Shown: positions 38,341-51,585 of the stretch, in pieces
How positions within the stretch are numbered: position 1 is the first letter of the stretch
How the letters are laid out: every line of letters starts with the position of its first letter
DNA from: Octopus sinensis
Lineage: Eukaryota
NCBI RefSeq assembly: GCF_006345805.1
Contig: NC_042998.1
Location: 181,350,001 to 181,414,000, forward strand
Reading direction: 5' to 3'
Length of the DNA: 64,000 nt
Translations under genes and position numbers: made by a program
The notes under the pieces: generated by a model
What the model saw: only the letters and a program-made list of their open reading frames with translations
What the model was told of the DNA's origin: nothing
The model's database searches: none

Positions 38341-40685
38341 CGAAAAATGTTAGAGCAGTGACCATCACGGTTCTTTTTTTGTTTTGTTTTCATTTTGTTG
38401 TCGTTATTTTTTTTTTTTTTTAGTTTTAGCTAGGACTACATTATCCAAACTGTACCGTCCAATGTGCCTTTCCTTCCTCTTTTAAGATGGCATAATGTGA
38501 CTTGGTTACTTTTTTTTTATATATGCTGAAATGATTTTGATATATGCTATGCACGAAACTCTCAACGTTTGAGTTACCTTTCGAACTTTCTGCTCATTGA
38601 GAATAATAAAGCGTATGTATAAATGTGTGAGCGTGTGTGTGCGCGTGCGTACGTGCTTGCGTGTGTGTGAAGGCACGTTGCCTTGTGGTTGTGGTATTGG
38701 ACTCACGCTCATAATGTCGTGATTCGATTTCTACACTGGGTGGTGCGTTATGACTTTGAGCAAGGCTCTACACATATTGTTCCGGTCTACTCAATGATTA
38801 GCAGCCGCCAAGTTCAAGATGCTTCGCTGGGTCAATTCTTGAAGCATCGAGGTTATCCATGTCAGTATCGGCACCTAAAATAATTAGCCAAAACATGATA
38901 GACGGTACCAAATCATCAACGATTCCGGCGGACGGCAGTTGTCAGGTCCTTGTGCGTTTATGTGTATGAGTGTGTTCATACTTTTCCCGAAAGTGTTAGA
39001 GTCCTAAGTGAAATGAAACAGAAGTAACAGAATCGACACAAAGAGGTATTTTCACCTGGTACTTACTTCATGTATAAAGTATTTACCAAATAACGGATTA
39101 ATATCGCTTCCATTTTCCTTGTGCAAATACATTTTCAAAATTGTTTATACGTCTCTTTTGATTCTGTATGCATTTTATATTCATAGAATATTAAGAACAG
39201 AGTGTAACGGTCATTTCTGACCAACTAAGTGGTCAGTGGTCTCGTACTTTAACTTTACAGTAGGAAAATAATTTATATTACATTAAAAAAATAGTATATT
39301 TCATAATGTAGTTTATTTTTCTTTTGGTAGTATTTTTGTCGTTGTTATTGTTTTCTAATAAACTCATAGTTTTCACTGAACTGCACTGGATAAAATGTAA
39401 AAAAACATTTTATACATTAAGATATATAGCTGTTGTTGTTGCTGTTGCTACTGTTGTTCTTTTTCTTCATTTTCTTCATCTTTTTTCCCTCTTGTCCTTG
39501 TTGTTTGCTCTCATTCGTTAAAATATATAGATATGTTCTTTGTGAACTCGGTAATATAATGATGATTCAGTAGAGCAAGTACTATTCGTATTATCTGTAA
39601 ATTCACCACCACCACCATCCAACCACACCTGAGTTAAAAGCATGCTATTGAATAAAATGGGTGTTGAAATGTATTGCGTTTGAAAGATTAAATGTTAGTG
39701 TTTGCCAGAGACTTCTAAGAAAGAAAATGAGTTCCAGACAACTACAATTTGAGTAGAGGAAATGTGCATCTTATTTGATACAGACAGAAGTTGTTAGTGG
39801 TGAAAGTGGAAATGAGGGGACAGAGATTTGATACTGTTTCTAATACCAAATACATTTTCGTTGTTTTTATCATCAATTTTACCTATCAAAAATTACGTTC
39901 TTCCCAATTTTATACATTTTGTAGCTTAGAATGCTTGACGAAAACATTCCAATTACGTACATACTTTCCTGTCTGTCTCTGTAGCTATATAGGTGTATGT
40001 CTGTGCGTACATAAAAGCATACATAAATATTTACGTAATTATATACATCATTACATACGTACAGACGTAGCATTTAATAGAATATCACATGAAAGCTTTA
40101 TGATTAGCTTAAATCTCACCCTGCTAATAGCTAACGTAGAGTGTCTGATCTAGACGGTAGTGTTCCTGTATCTCCTTGGCGCGATGGTTGAAAGAAACTA
40201 AACAACTAAAGATGTTGTAAGATGATATGAAAAGAAGAATATTTGACACACCACACTATCGAAAATCTATTCCATAGAGATGTTGTTTGTCAGTAATTTT
40301 CTTCTCTTTTTCCTTCTCTGCACCCACCAGATATGTTCAAATAACAATTAGCAAGGGAACTACTGCACGTTCACTCAGCACATTCGAAATAGTAACCAAA
40401 CATTCCCGTCTTCAGACAGGACTTTGAACAATGTATGATTTATAATAAACACATGAAGAGACAAAACTCAAAATAGCAGTAGATACATTGGTATTTTAAC
40501 ATGCTCCAGCATAGTAGAATGTGGGACACGTTCACTGCAGGATTCTCATCTCGGAAAAAATTTTCTCTTTACACAGATTCTGTACAGAACTTTGGCAAAA
40601 CCTGAGCACACATTGCCAAATGTATATTTTACTGTTTACATATCGGAACAGAACATCTAACCAAGTTACAAACGGCTGAAATGAT

Positions 40686-40734
40686 GATTGTCACTGAAGA
40701 GACACAATCACGCCGAAACATGTGTCTGACAGTC
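40686..40734 (+). ncRNA. Minimal type I hammerhead ribozyme with canonical core
   Basis: Stem I GATTGTCA/TGACAGTC (8 bp, one G-U); CTGAAGA (40694-40700); stem II GAC/GCC (one A-C mismatch); GAAA; stem III AC-[ATGT]-GT with palindrome ACATGT; GUC cleavage after 40726. Confidence 0.75.
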
Positions 40735-41840
40735 GGTGGAGTCATTCAGTGCCAACTAGTTTTTACACATGAAGTCTATAAAAAGAAAATTTCCTCGGAG
40801 ACAAGTCCGCAGCGAATATCTTTCATATAAATGTATATATTGTTACTATGTTTAAAGCAATAATAATATAGCATGGGGTGTTCTGTCTTGATAAATCTTT
40901 AGTCATAGCACTCACTTAGATTTAAACAGTCACAAAACAACACTGAATCTATAATGTATGCTCTAATATTAGAAGCATTTTTCACATTTTTTTGTATAGA
41001 CGACCTGATAATGTATGCGCCATGTACTAGCCATTCTAGCAAATATTTCGCTGTTACCAACCAAAATACTAGACACAGAAATAAAATCTTGTAAGTTCAA
41101 ATGCCCTTATGTGAAGGCAAATAGCAGTTAAGTGATTGTACACTACCACAGAAAAACCTAAAAAATAAAGTCCATTAATGTACCAGAATTTGTTACTGCG
41201 GTGTACTACAAGAGTTAACCCCTCATCCAATCTCCTTAACTTTCAAATACTTGTCAAAAAGCTTTGACATTCCAAACACTACATATATAATCACCAAACA
41301 TCGAGATACGTCTACAGCACTTTACAATATTATTACTGCGACTCCGTAATAAAAAATCTATACTTACAGCTCAGTAAAAAGAAATACAAAAATATGAAAA
41401 TAACAACAGTAGCAACTTTTACCCTTACGTTTCGTGACACTAATAATGTAAATAATGTAAACACTAATAAATGTAAAGAACAACAAGCATCACGCTCCTT
41501 GTGAGTCCAACTCGTTCGCCTCCGGCATGGTTACAACATGATCCTACAAACTAAGAGAAATAGACTAGAAAATAATAAATGCACATTTTCCCTTATGATA
41601 AATGATTAATAGCAGAATACAATATGATTCTCAACTGGGCGGAGATATGACACAGACAGATTAAAAGATCCCTGGAATGCAAGCAGTTAGTCGATCGGCT
41701 ATTAATCTCCTCAATCAGTATTCACCCAGGACTAACAACAAGAAACAGTGCAGTCAGCTTAAAATCGCGAATACATACGGCAGAATTAAAAGATTCCGGA
41801 CGATAAGCTTCTCACCAAAAAAAAAAGAGGGAAAAAAAAA

Positions 41841-42254
41841 GGCGCAGGAGTGGCTTTGTGGTAAGTAGCTTGCTAACCAACCACATCGTTCCGGGTTCAG
41901 TCCCACTGCGTGGCATCTTGGGCAAGTATCTTCTGCTATAGCCCCGGGCCGACCAATGCCTTGTGAGTGGATTTGGTAGACGGAAACTGAAAGAAGCCTG
42001 TCGTATATATGTATATGTATGTATATGTATGGTTGTGTGTGTGTGTGTTTGTCCCCCTAGCATTGCTTGACAACCGATGCTGGTGTGTTTACGTCACCGT
42101 CACTTAGCGGTTCGGCAAAAGAGACCAATAGAATAAGTACTGGGCTTACAAAGAATAAGTCCCGGGGTCGATTTGCTCAACTAAAGGCGGTGCTCCAGCA
42201 TGGCCGCAGTCAAATGACTGAAACAACTAAAAGAGTAAAAATAGTAAAAGAGTA
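41841..42254 (+). mobile_element. Family-B tRNA-derived SINE, full length
   Basis: GGCGCAGGAGTGGCTTTGTGGTAAG A box, GGGTTCAGTCCC B box, CORE-like CTTGGGCAAGT, internal (TA)/(TG) tract, (AAAGAGT)n-like tail. Confidence 0.85.
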
Positions 42255-43620
42255 AGAAACAAACGTTTCAAGATGTTAAATAGAATATGGAATATGGTCA
42301 ATATGATCACTACCTTTTTTACATTTCTTGACACCGGTTTCTGAAAAGTCACTCCAACTCCTTTCCCTCAACTAAAAATAATATTACTGAAACTTCTGAG
42401 TACCACTCCTATTTATTAACGAGAATTCAAAATATAGTTCGAATCCATATAATTCTTGTTTCTTCACTTATGGTGTTGGACAGGTTTAACTTGTTAAAAC
42501 AATTTTAATTTCACATCCGCGTCCCTTTTTCAGTTTTCACAATCTTCCTTTTTACAAATATATTAACATATTGTCCACAACACCTTACAACTTATCACAA
42601 TTCCTGTTTGGAGGTTTAAATTGGACATTGCAAGAATAGCGAAATGAAAGTGAAAACCTGTTAAGTGCTTAGTGTTGGGATAAATATCAGCTCAATGAGA
42701 ATGTAAGTAGAATTTCTACTTAAAGATTCAAATATTGCTTTCAATCCGTGAAAACAGTATCTGAGATCAGAATGGTAACAGTAAAGCAACAATTGCAACA
42801 GAAGCGAAAGCTCAACAATAAACCTGCTGAAGTTTACAAATAGAAAATCGACCTACCATTAGAATAACTAATAAACTTCTGCAAAGGCAGGGAATAAAAC
42901 CTGACATAGAATTCTTACCACATAACATTAGCAAATGTTATATAGCAAATCAACATAAAGCGAATATGGATCGGTCCACTGAAAACTTCAGTTCGTAAAA
43001 AATGTAAATTTTAGACGAAGTAAATCACACCAGAAAAACATTTCAAATAGTATCGACAAGTATATAATATCCAACCATAAATTCTATATCCGTATAATTG
43101 AAGAACAAGAAATCTTGGTTTTTATGCAGTCGGAAAAGTAGAAAACAGCGAATGAATGCTTAGAAAACAACGAATAAATGCATAGAAAAGTGAAAACCTT
43201 AGATCATTGAAAGCTAGTTGCGAGAGAACGACCTCGATATGGGACATAAATTTACCAGAATAATCTTGAATAAAATATGGGGAAAGAAAATTGGTATTTG
43301 CTAAAACAGAAAAACAGAACCAGACAGACTGAACACAGAAATATTAATGGATTTTCAAAATGGGAACTACGAACAATCTAAAATGCAAAGAAAATTATAG
43401 ATGACAATGGAACATATATGAAAATCTTCTATTATCAACGTAATATGTCTGTGTAGAAAAGGTAACAAAACTTAGGTTCACACACATACATACTTTTTAT
43501 GCCTAAGAGACAGGCAAACGTATAATTGGACAAAAATAAAAGGAAAGTATACTGCATTTATGTACCTATACACACTCATTCAAGTCATAGCAATCGTAAA
43601 ATAGTTATTTGGGGCAAAAG

Positions 43621-43932
43621 CAAATATTATATTCGGTTTAGCGGCCGGTTACAAACTGAAACTGAACTTTTCATTCAAACACCAGCATGAAGATAAAATA
43701 TCAACAATTGTTTCAAAACCCACAGCTTCTCAACTAAGAATATGCATTTCCATTTTTAACCGCAATCATTATGAATTATAATGATTGCTGTGTTTGAATG
43801 AAAAGTTCACTTTCACTTTGTAACCGACCGCTAAACAGAATATAATATTTGAATCAAAATAGTTTGATTCAAACTCGTTGGTAATACTGAGTTTCAAGCT
43901 AGTTATCAGCCATTTTAAATTCAAATGGCTGA
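43621..43932. mobile_element. Fold-back/MITE-like element with 65-bp inverted repeats and extra hairpins
   Basis: 43621-43686 vs reverse complement of 43787-43851 (about 5 differences); further perfect hairpins at 43762-43788, 43848-43873 and 43906-43932. Confidence 0.65.
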
Positions 43933-44020
43933 CGATATATATATATATATATACACATATATATATACACACTTCGAAGAGATGCATGGAGTTCAATCAT
44001 ATAAAAATATAAATAAAATG

Positions 44021-44075
<55 letters not shown>

Positions 44076-44174
44076 TCTTTTATTCTTTTGCTTCTTTCAG
44101 TCATTTGACTGCGGCCATGCTGGACCACTACTTTTAGTTGAACAAATCGACCCGAGGGCTTATATTTTGTAAGC

Positions 44175-44230
<56 letters not shown>

Positions 44231-44247
44231 ATATATATATGTATATA

Positions 44248-44298
<51 letters not shown>

Positions 44299-44380
44299 GT
44301 ATGTATATATGTATATCCATATATCCATACATGCACACGCACACATACACACATACATGCATACATAAATACATACAATC

Positions 44381-44428
<48 letters not shown>

Positions 44429-44682
44429 CAGCAGTCTTAAAAAAGATGAGTCAGAAAAAAAAGCACTCATATTGGTTAATAGCATGGGAGTATTGTTATT
44501 AATAAACTACAATATCATATACTAATATCAGTCAATTTACCTTTCGATTTCATGCTAGGTGTTAAGAAAACTCCCACCAATCATGGGAAAATTGTGAAAG
44601 AAATTCTTTCAGCGTTTATACCAGTGTTTTCGCAACACCTGCTATGAAACCGATTGGTACATTGAGTGATGTGTGCGTTTAT

Positions 44683-44788
<106 letters not shown>

Positions 44789-44820
44789 TGGTTTGATAGG
44801 TAGATAGATAAATAGATTCA

Positions 44821-44853
<33 letters not shown>

Positions 44854-45617
44854 GCACAGACATATATATACATACATATATATGATATAAAATATGTGTA
44901 TATTATATATTTTATAATTGGTTTCATGTATGTATTCACACACATATATATACATTTATATATGAACATACATGCATAGATACGGTTATATTTTTGCATA
45001 TAAATATATGTAAAAATATATATACATACATATTGTATATAAATACATACAAACATACGTCTATATGTGCGTGTGTGTATGTACATACAATTATACATAT
45101 TTGTGAGGATATGTTACTGTGTGTGCTCGTTTGTGTGTATGTGTGTTTATGTGCATATATATGTTTACAACCTGTTTATTTCATTATGAAGTTTGTTGTA
45201 AATGACGGGAAACATTATTTGTATTAAAATGACGCAGTATAGTAAAGAACGATATTTATAGGAGAACATGTCGTCAGACATGATAAGAATGATAATGTTC
45301 ATATATGAATAATATAGATGTTTATAATATATGTTTTCGTTATGTATGTCAGCCTAAGTTCGCTATCTATATATTATGGAAAGAAAAATGTCGGAGACAA
45401 AATAGATAAACAGACTAAGTCAATGAGATATGAACTCATGGCCTTCTATGCACGTCTCTTATCTACTTTTGTATTGCTTCTCATACGTAAGTACACGAAG
45501 GAAAAAAAATAAATATATATCTTTCTATTTTTCGGTGTGTGTGTTTGTATGTATGTACTTATATATATAGGTACGTGTGAGTGTGTTTCTTTATATATAT
45601 GTGTGTGTGTGTGTATT

Positions 45618-45651
<34 letters not shown>

Positions 45652-45686
45652 GTTTATATATGTGTATATATATATATATATACGTG

Positions 45687-45796
<110 letters not shown>

Positions 45797-46074
45797 AATT
45801 TATATTTATATAAATATATTTACGTGTATTTCATATATGGAGATTGATAGGGAGGGAGAGAGAAGAGATGGAGAAACACAGAGGTACAGTCATATATATA
45901 TGTATTTGTTATATATCAGATATATACACACATGTATATATGTATTTATATTTATGTTTATATGTGTGTATATATTTATATACACACCCACACACACAGA
46001 GAAAGATAGGGAGAAAGAGAGGGAGAGATGTATATAATCTGTATATATATATGCAGTTCATATAAGATATATAT

Positions 46075-46330
46075 GTTTGTGTGTGTGTGGTGTGTGTGTG
46101 TGTGTGTGTAAATATTAAATATACACAGATGTACATATGTACAAGTCTGTATACACAGATGTGCATATGTTTATGTCTGTGTGTACGTTTGTGTGTGTGT
46201 GTGTGGTGTGTGTGTGTGTGTGTAAATATTAAATATACACAGATGTACATATGTACAAGTCTGTATACACAGATGTGCATATGTTTATGTCTGTGTGTAC
46301 GTTTGTGTGTGTGGTGTGTGTGTGTGTGTG
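46075..46330. repeat. 114-bp tandem duplication bounded by (GT)n
   Basis: AAATATTAAATATACACAGATG... starts at 46110 and again at 46224, with identical unique cores. Confidence 0.9.
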
Positions 46331-49300
46331 TGTGTGTGCGCGTGTAAAAACAATTTTGTGAAAACCTGCCATTAGCAGATGCCACTATCGATTTGAAAGA
46401 TTTGGCCAAAAGATGGTTGAAATAAACAGTTTTTATTACAATGAACATTTCAACATAACAAAACATCTCTTTTGCAATGATATCGAGAATTCTCTAATTT
46501 TATTTTTTTTTTTTCAATTTACTCCTCGTTATTCTCCCTTTTTTATTTCTTTTTTTTCTTTTTCATTTGTTCAAACAATTACTGTAAATAACACTCTTAT
46601 ATTAGTAATTATTTGTTCGAATGTTATAAGATGCTTTCCCCGCATCTAAAATAGATACATTAACTCTACGGACTAAGTAAAGTTCAATCAATAAATCGTG
46701 TTTTCATGGTCTGCATTAGAAGAAGTCAATGAAATTTTTTTTTAAATATATTATATATATAGCGAAAAGACGTAAACTGAAGACTCTAAGAAATGTCTAT
46801 ACACAAGTGATAACACTAACGGAGAAAAAATATATATTTTTAAGCATAAACATTTAAAAATAGCACACTTCAAAACACTTTTTAAAAAATGTTTTCTCCT
46901 GTAAATGTATTAGAAGTTGATCAACAACAACTTCATTTAATGGAATCGTTATTCTTTTATTGGCGAAATCGCTCACAAGCATATCTTTTTTGTTGGCGGC
47001 AATAGATTTACAAAAATAAGTTGTTTATCTCTCAATACTCGGGTCAATACCGATTTCCAATGTCAGGATGTATTATCGTTATGATTATTACTATTATCGT
47101 TACTATTATTGTTATTATCATTATTATCATTACTATTATTATTGTTGTTGTTGTTGTTGTTATTGTTATTATTATTATCATTATTATTATTATTATTATT
47201 ATTATCATCATTATTGTTATTACTATTATTATTATTATTATTAATATTATTATTATTATTATTATTACTATTATTCTTATCATTATTATTATTAATATTA
47301 TTATTATTATTATTATTATTGCTTGTTGTTGTTTGTTGTTGTTGTTTGTTGTTGCTGTTGTTGTTGTTGCAAAACCAATGAGGATGTGTTTAAATAACTG
47401 AGACTTTAGTCATTAGGAGGAGAGAAATGAAGTCACAGTGATCTGTAGGCCGGGTCACGTCTCACAGTTGTACGTTCGAATCCTGCTGAATCTAACTTTT
47501 CCCTTCCATTTGTAGACGGTTAATTAAATTTCAATAAGATACAGAAGTTGGTTCACTTGATTTTACACACATACACACACATACACACACGCACGCACAC
47601 TAACACACATACACATGCGCGCATATATATACATGTGTGGGAGTGGGTATGTGTGCATGTATTTATGTATATATGTATGCATACACTTAGATATATGAAT
47701 ACATATATGTGCGTATGTTTCAGATATGCATACATATATCTTCATGTGTGTATGTATGAGCGTGTGTGAGCATGTGTGTGTACGTGTGTGCGTGCGTGTG
47801 TGTGTAAGTGTCTCAAAGAGTGTGTGTGTATGCATTGAGTATATATCTGACTATCTTAATATGTGTAGAATACATATTTTGATTTGTCTAAAGAGTATTC
47901 TTTAGACACTTTAAAATACTGCGCTCTTGAGATTTCAAACTTCAGTTTGAAAATGAGAAAAGGATATTAATATATAAACAGTTATTAATACTTTTCGGGG
48001 TTTTCAGATTTGATCTTCGTTTTCTAAGTAATCCAAAATTTTTCATACCTATTTCACTTTAAAATAACACTTCTGCTTTCCTATTTTCTCTTAAGCGTTT
48101 TCTTACATATCGATACAAAGAAAAGAAATTGCTTATAATTCACCTTCCCAATCTAGATTTGAACGTAACGCATTGATCTTCGAATATCTATCGTTTGCTT
48201 GTGTGCAGAAGCAACGGTGAAAGCATATTTTATGGATTTATTGTTTTTATTCACCAGTACTATTGATTTTTTTTTTTTAATTATGTATAGAACATCCACG
48301 CACGAGAAACCTGCCGCACTTACGCACAGAAATCCATGGGGGAATTCACAGATGTTTTGGAAAATTAAAAAAGTTATTTGTGATCAAACAAAATCAAATG
48401 CAAATTTATTCATTTTCCTTATTCATAGATTGACAAATTGTTTGTTCCTTAATATTATAGCCAAATATGAAAGCAGTGGCCTATGCAGAATTTTTGTTGT
48501 CATTTAATTTATCATTCTGGTCAGTTTTTATGTGACCCTGACAAAGATTGATTTTCTATATGGAAAAAGCATACTGGTCAATTGCTCTAGATTTTAAGAA
48601 ACATCTCTATAAAACATGAAATATTCAATAGATCTCTATATTATTTACATGTATCATAATCTTGTCCCTTGTACTACTGGTAAAGTGTCCGGCTAGCATA
48701 TTTTTCTGATAAATTCTTTGTTTTGGGGGACCGATTCAATAAGCTGGGCAATCTAAAAGTCTCGCAGATTCGTTAGAGCGAATCAGACAGAATCCTTCGT
48801 GGTGTTTGTTCCAAATTCCTGTACTTTGAGTTCAAATATCACCGAAGTTGACATTGTCTTTCTTCCTTACGGAATCGATAAACAAAGTACCAACTCGAAG
48901 TGGTAGATTAGCAGTACTGTAAAAATGTTGGACCGGTTGCCATGCAGTATTTGTTCAGGCTCTTTGCGTCCTAAATTCAAATGCCATCATGGCCTGCTTG
49001 GACAATAGACGTAAGACATTACCCGATTTAACCTACGATCTGGCACCTTATGTATATTTAGCAAAGTCCTCTCTGAATGCAATCATTCTATTCAAGTCTC
49101 TATTTGAGAATACCTTTTTCCTCACACCTACCAGTCTCGGAGACCCTGTAAAGGGTCATTAGTACTTGCTGAGATCGTCACTAAAAGAGAACACCATTTC
49201 TGTACTGATCTACTGAGAATCTCGTGAGTACGAGAGTAGCAAACAAGAAAATGCACTGCAAAAGTCAATTGCAGCACAACTACTGTATATTTTATTTAAA

Positions 49301-51533
49301 TAAATGGGTACTACTAACAGATTTTATTGAAACATTTAACAGCTGTAGCTCGAAATTAGATTTGTTGCCAATATTCTTAAGATGCGAATATCAGTTTTTA
49401 CATGTCCCATGCATTTGGTGTGCTATACCTGCTAACATAGATTCAAGCCATAGATTTTGCCGGAGGGTACAGTCAATTAAATCAACCCATGGATGGTACT
49501 TCTTTTAATTTGTCACCAGGAATAAGAAATATAAAGATGACTCTGATGTGTTTTGTACTTAGAAACTTAATACCGGAATATATTTTATCGATCACTCAAA
49601 TGATTCAGCCAATTCTACTACTCTTTTGTAGGACCATACTAGCATTAGCATAAAAGAATATATAATATTTCCATAATATATTGATAACAGGGTCGTGAAA
49701 TGTCAGAAACGATAGAGTGTCATGTAGTTGAGAACCAGTCAAGAAATGTCGATGATTCAATAGACTCTACCTATCAATTATTTCTGGTTGTGAGCTATTT
49801 TTAGAAATCAATATCTGGAATAAGGGCTCTTTGTCAACTTCAGCAAAAGTGGAATGGATCAAACTGAAATCAATTAAGTTATTGAACTCTCTAACCTACT
49901 TTTATAACATAGCGCTCGAAACTTTCTGTAGAAATATAAAATACTTATTATATTTCTCTGAATGAACATCTCATACAAATCATAATGAAAATTTCTAGGC
50001 GTAAAGCTAAAATACAAAAGATGACAGATGAAAAGCGCGAAATGCGGGAAGGAAATGAGGGATACCAAAAGTGAAAGTAGAGAGATAAAGTGGGGAGCAT
50101 ATACAGAGCGATAAACACGTTCAGAGAAAAAGAAAAAAGACAGGACAAGAGAAGAAAAGGGAAAGAGATAAAGAGAGAGAGGGAGAACATCCTGTGAAAT
50201 TTGAGAAGGCAAAGGAGACTGACATTTTGTTGACGGATGACACGACATTCCATTGAAAGACATGAATTAGATATTTTTGAAAGAACGTTTTCTCAAGTAA
50301 ACAACGAAAAAATTTTATTCCATCGTTGAAAATGTTTGTTACCACTGTCAAACCATTAAACTCCCAAGACGTCTTTGTTTACATAAAGCGATGTGGCAGA
50401 GAGGAAGCGAAGCGAAATCTTCTAATGACGCCATTTTTCCCTTCAATAGATTCCGATGTCTTCCACCCATATCTTTTCAACTTATAAACTGTTTCACCAC
50501 ATAGGATGTCAATACCATTGCTGTTAATGATAAGATGAGTAAACTGATATTCGAGTTATCAACTTGGACTCGCCTATTCTCCTGAGTATGTATCCCTGCC
50601 ACCTAAATATCAGTTACTTAAACAATGTTGACCTTCTTTCTAGTTCTTCCGGGTTCAGATCATGTACTTTCAAAGTTTGCCAGGGGTCCGTCGCCCGTAG
50701 GTATTTTAGAATGTGTTTCATCTTTCAACAATTTTAATCGTTATACTGCGGCCATGCTGGGGCACAAACTTGAAGGATTTAATCGAATCAATGACCCCAG
50801 TAGTTATTCTTTTAAGGTGTGGTACTAACTCTAACAGTCGCTTTTATCGAACCGCTGGTTTACGGGTCCATAAGCAAGCTGACACCTGCTGTCTAGCCAT
50901 TTGGGAATAGGCAAAAAGACACACACACATACATACATGTGTTTGTGTGTGTGTGTGTGTGTGTTAGGCTCGTTAGAGCGTTGGACAACATGCCTTACGG
51001 TATTTGTTCCGGTTCCTTACATTCTGAGTTCAAACCCCGCGTAGGCTATTTTTGTCTTTCATTCTTCCGGGGTCGATAAAATAAAACAACAATCAAGTAC
51101 TAGGATCAGTTTAATAGACTAATTCACTCTCTCTACATTGTTTGCATTGTCCCAATCATCATCACTATTAATATCCTATTGCAGGTACCTGTACTCTAAT
51201 CTAGCATAGCTTTTCTATAATTCTGAAGTAGACTAGAATTAGTTATACGCCTTGCTTTGTCTTTTACTTCCTAGAAAGCGTCTACACAGTGCAAGGACAC
51301 TTCCTCGGATTGTTAACTTCTAAAATTCAATCACAAAAGCTTTCCAAGGCAATTCAATTTTTCTCCCGCACACTGCCTCACAACGATTTGCACTAATATG
51401 ACAATTGACCAATTAGAACAATTTTTATGTTCTTATCTCATATGCACGCTCTTTCAATTTCTAAGATATGAGTATTTGTGTATATGCTTGTACATGTGTA
51501 TGTGTGCGTGTGTGTATGTGTTTGCGTGTGTGT

Positions 51534-51585
<52 letters not shown>

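Noticed and set aside
41420-41445. Minus-strand GAAACGTAAGGG (3' half of a minimal hammerhead)
   Set aside because: No CUGANGA core upstream.
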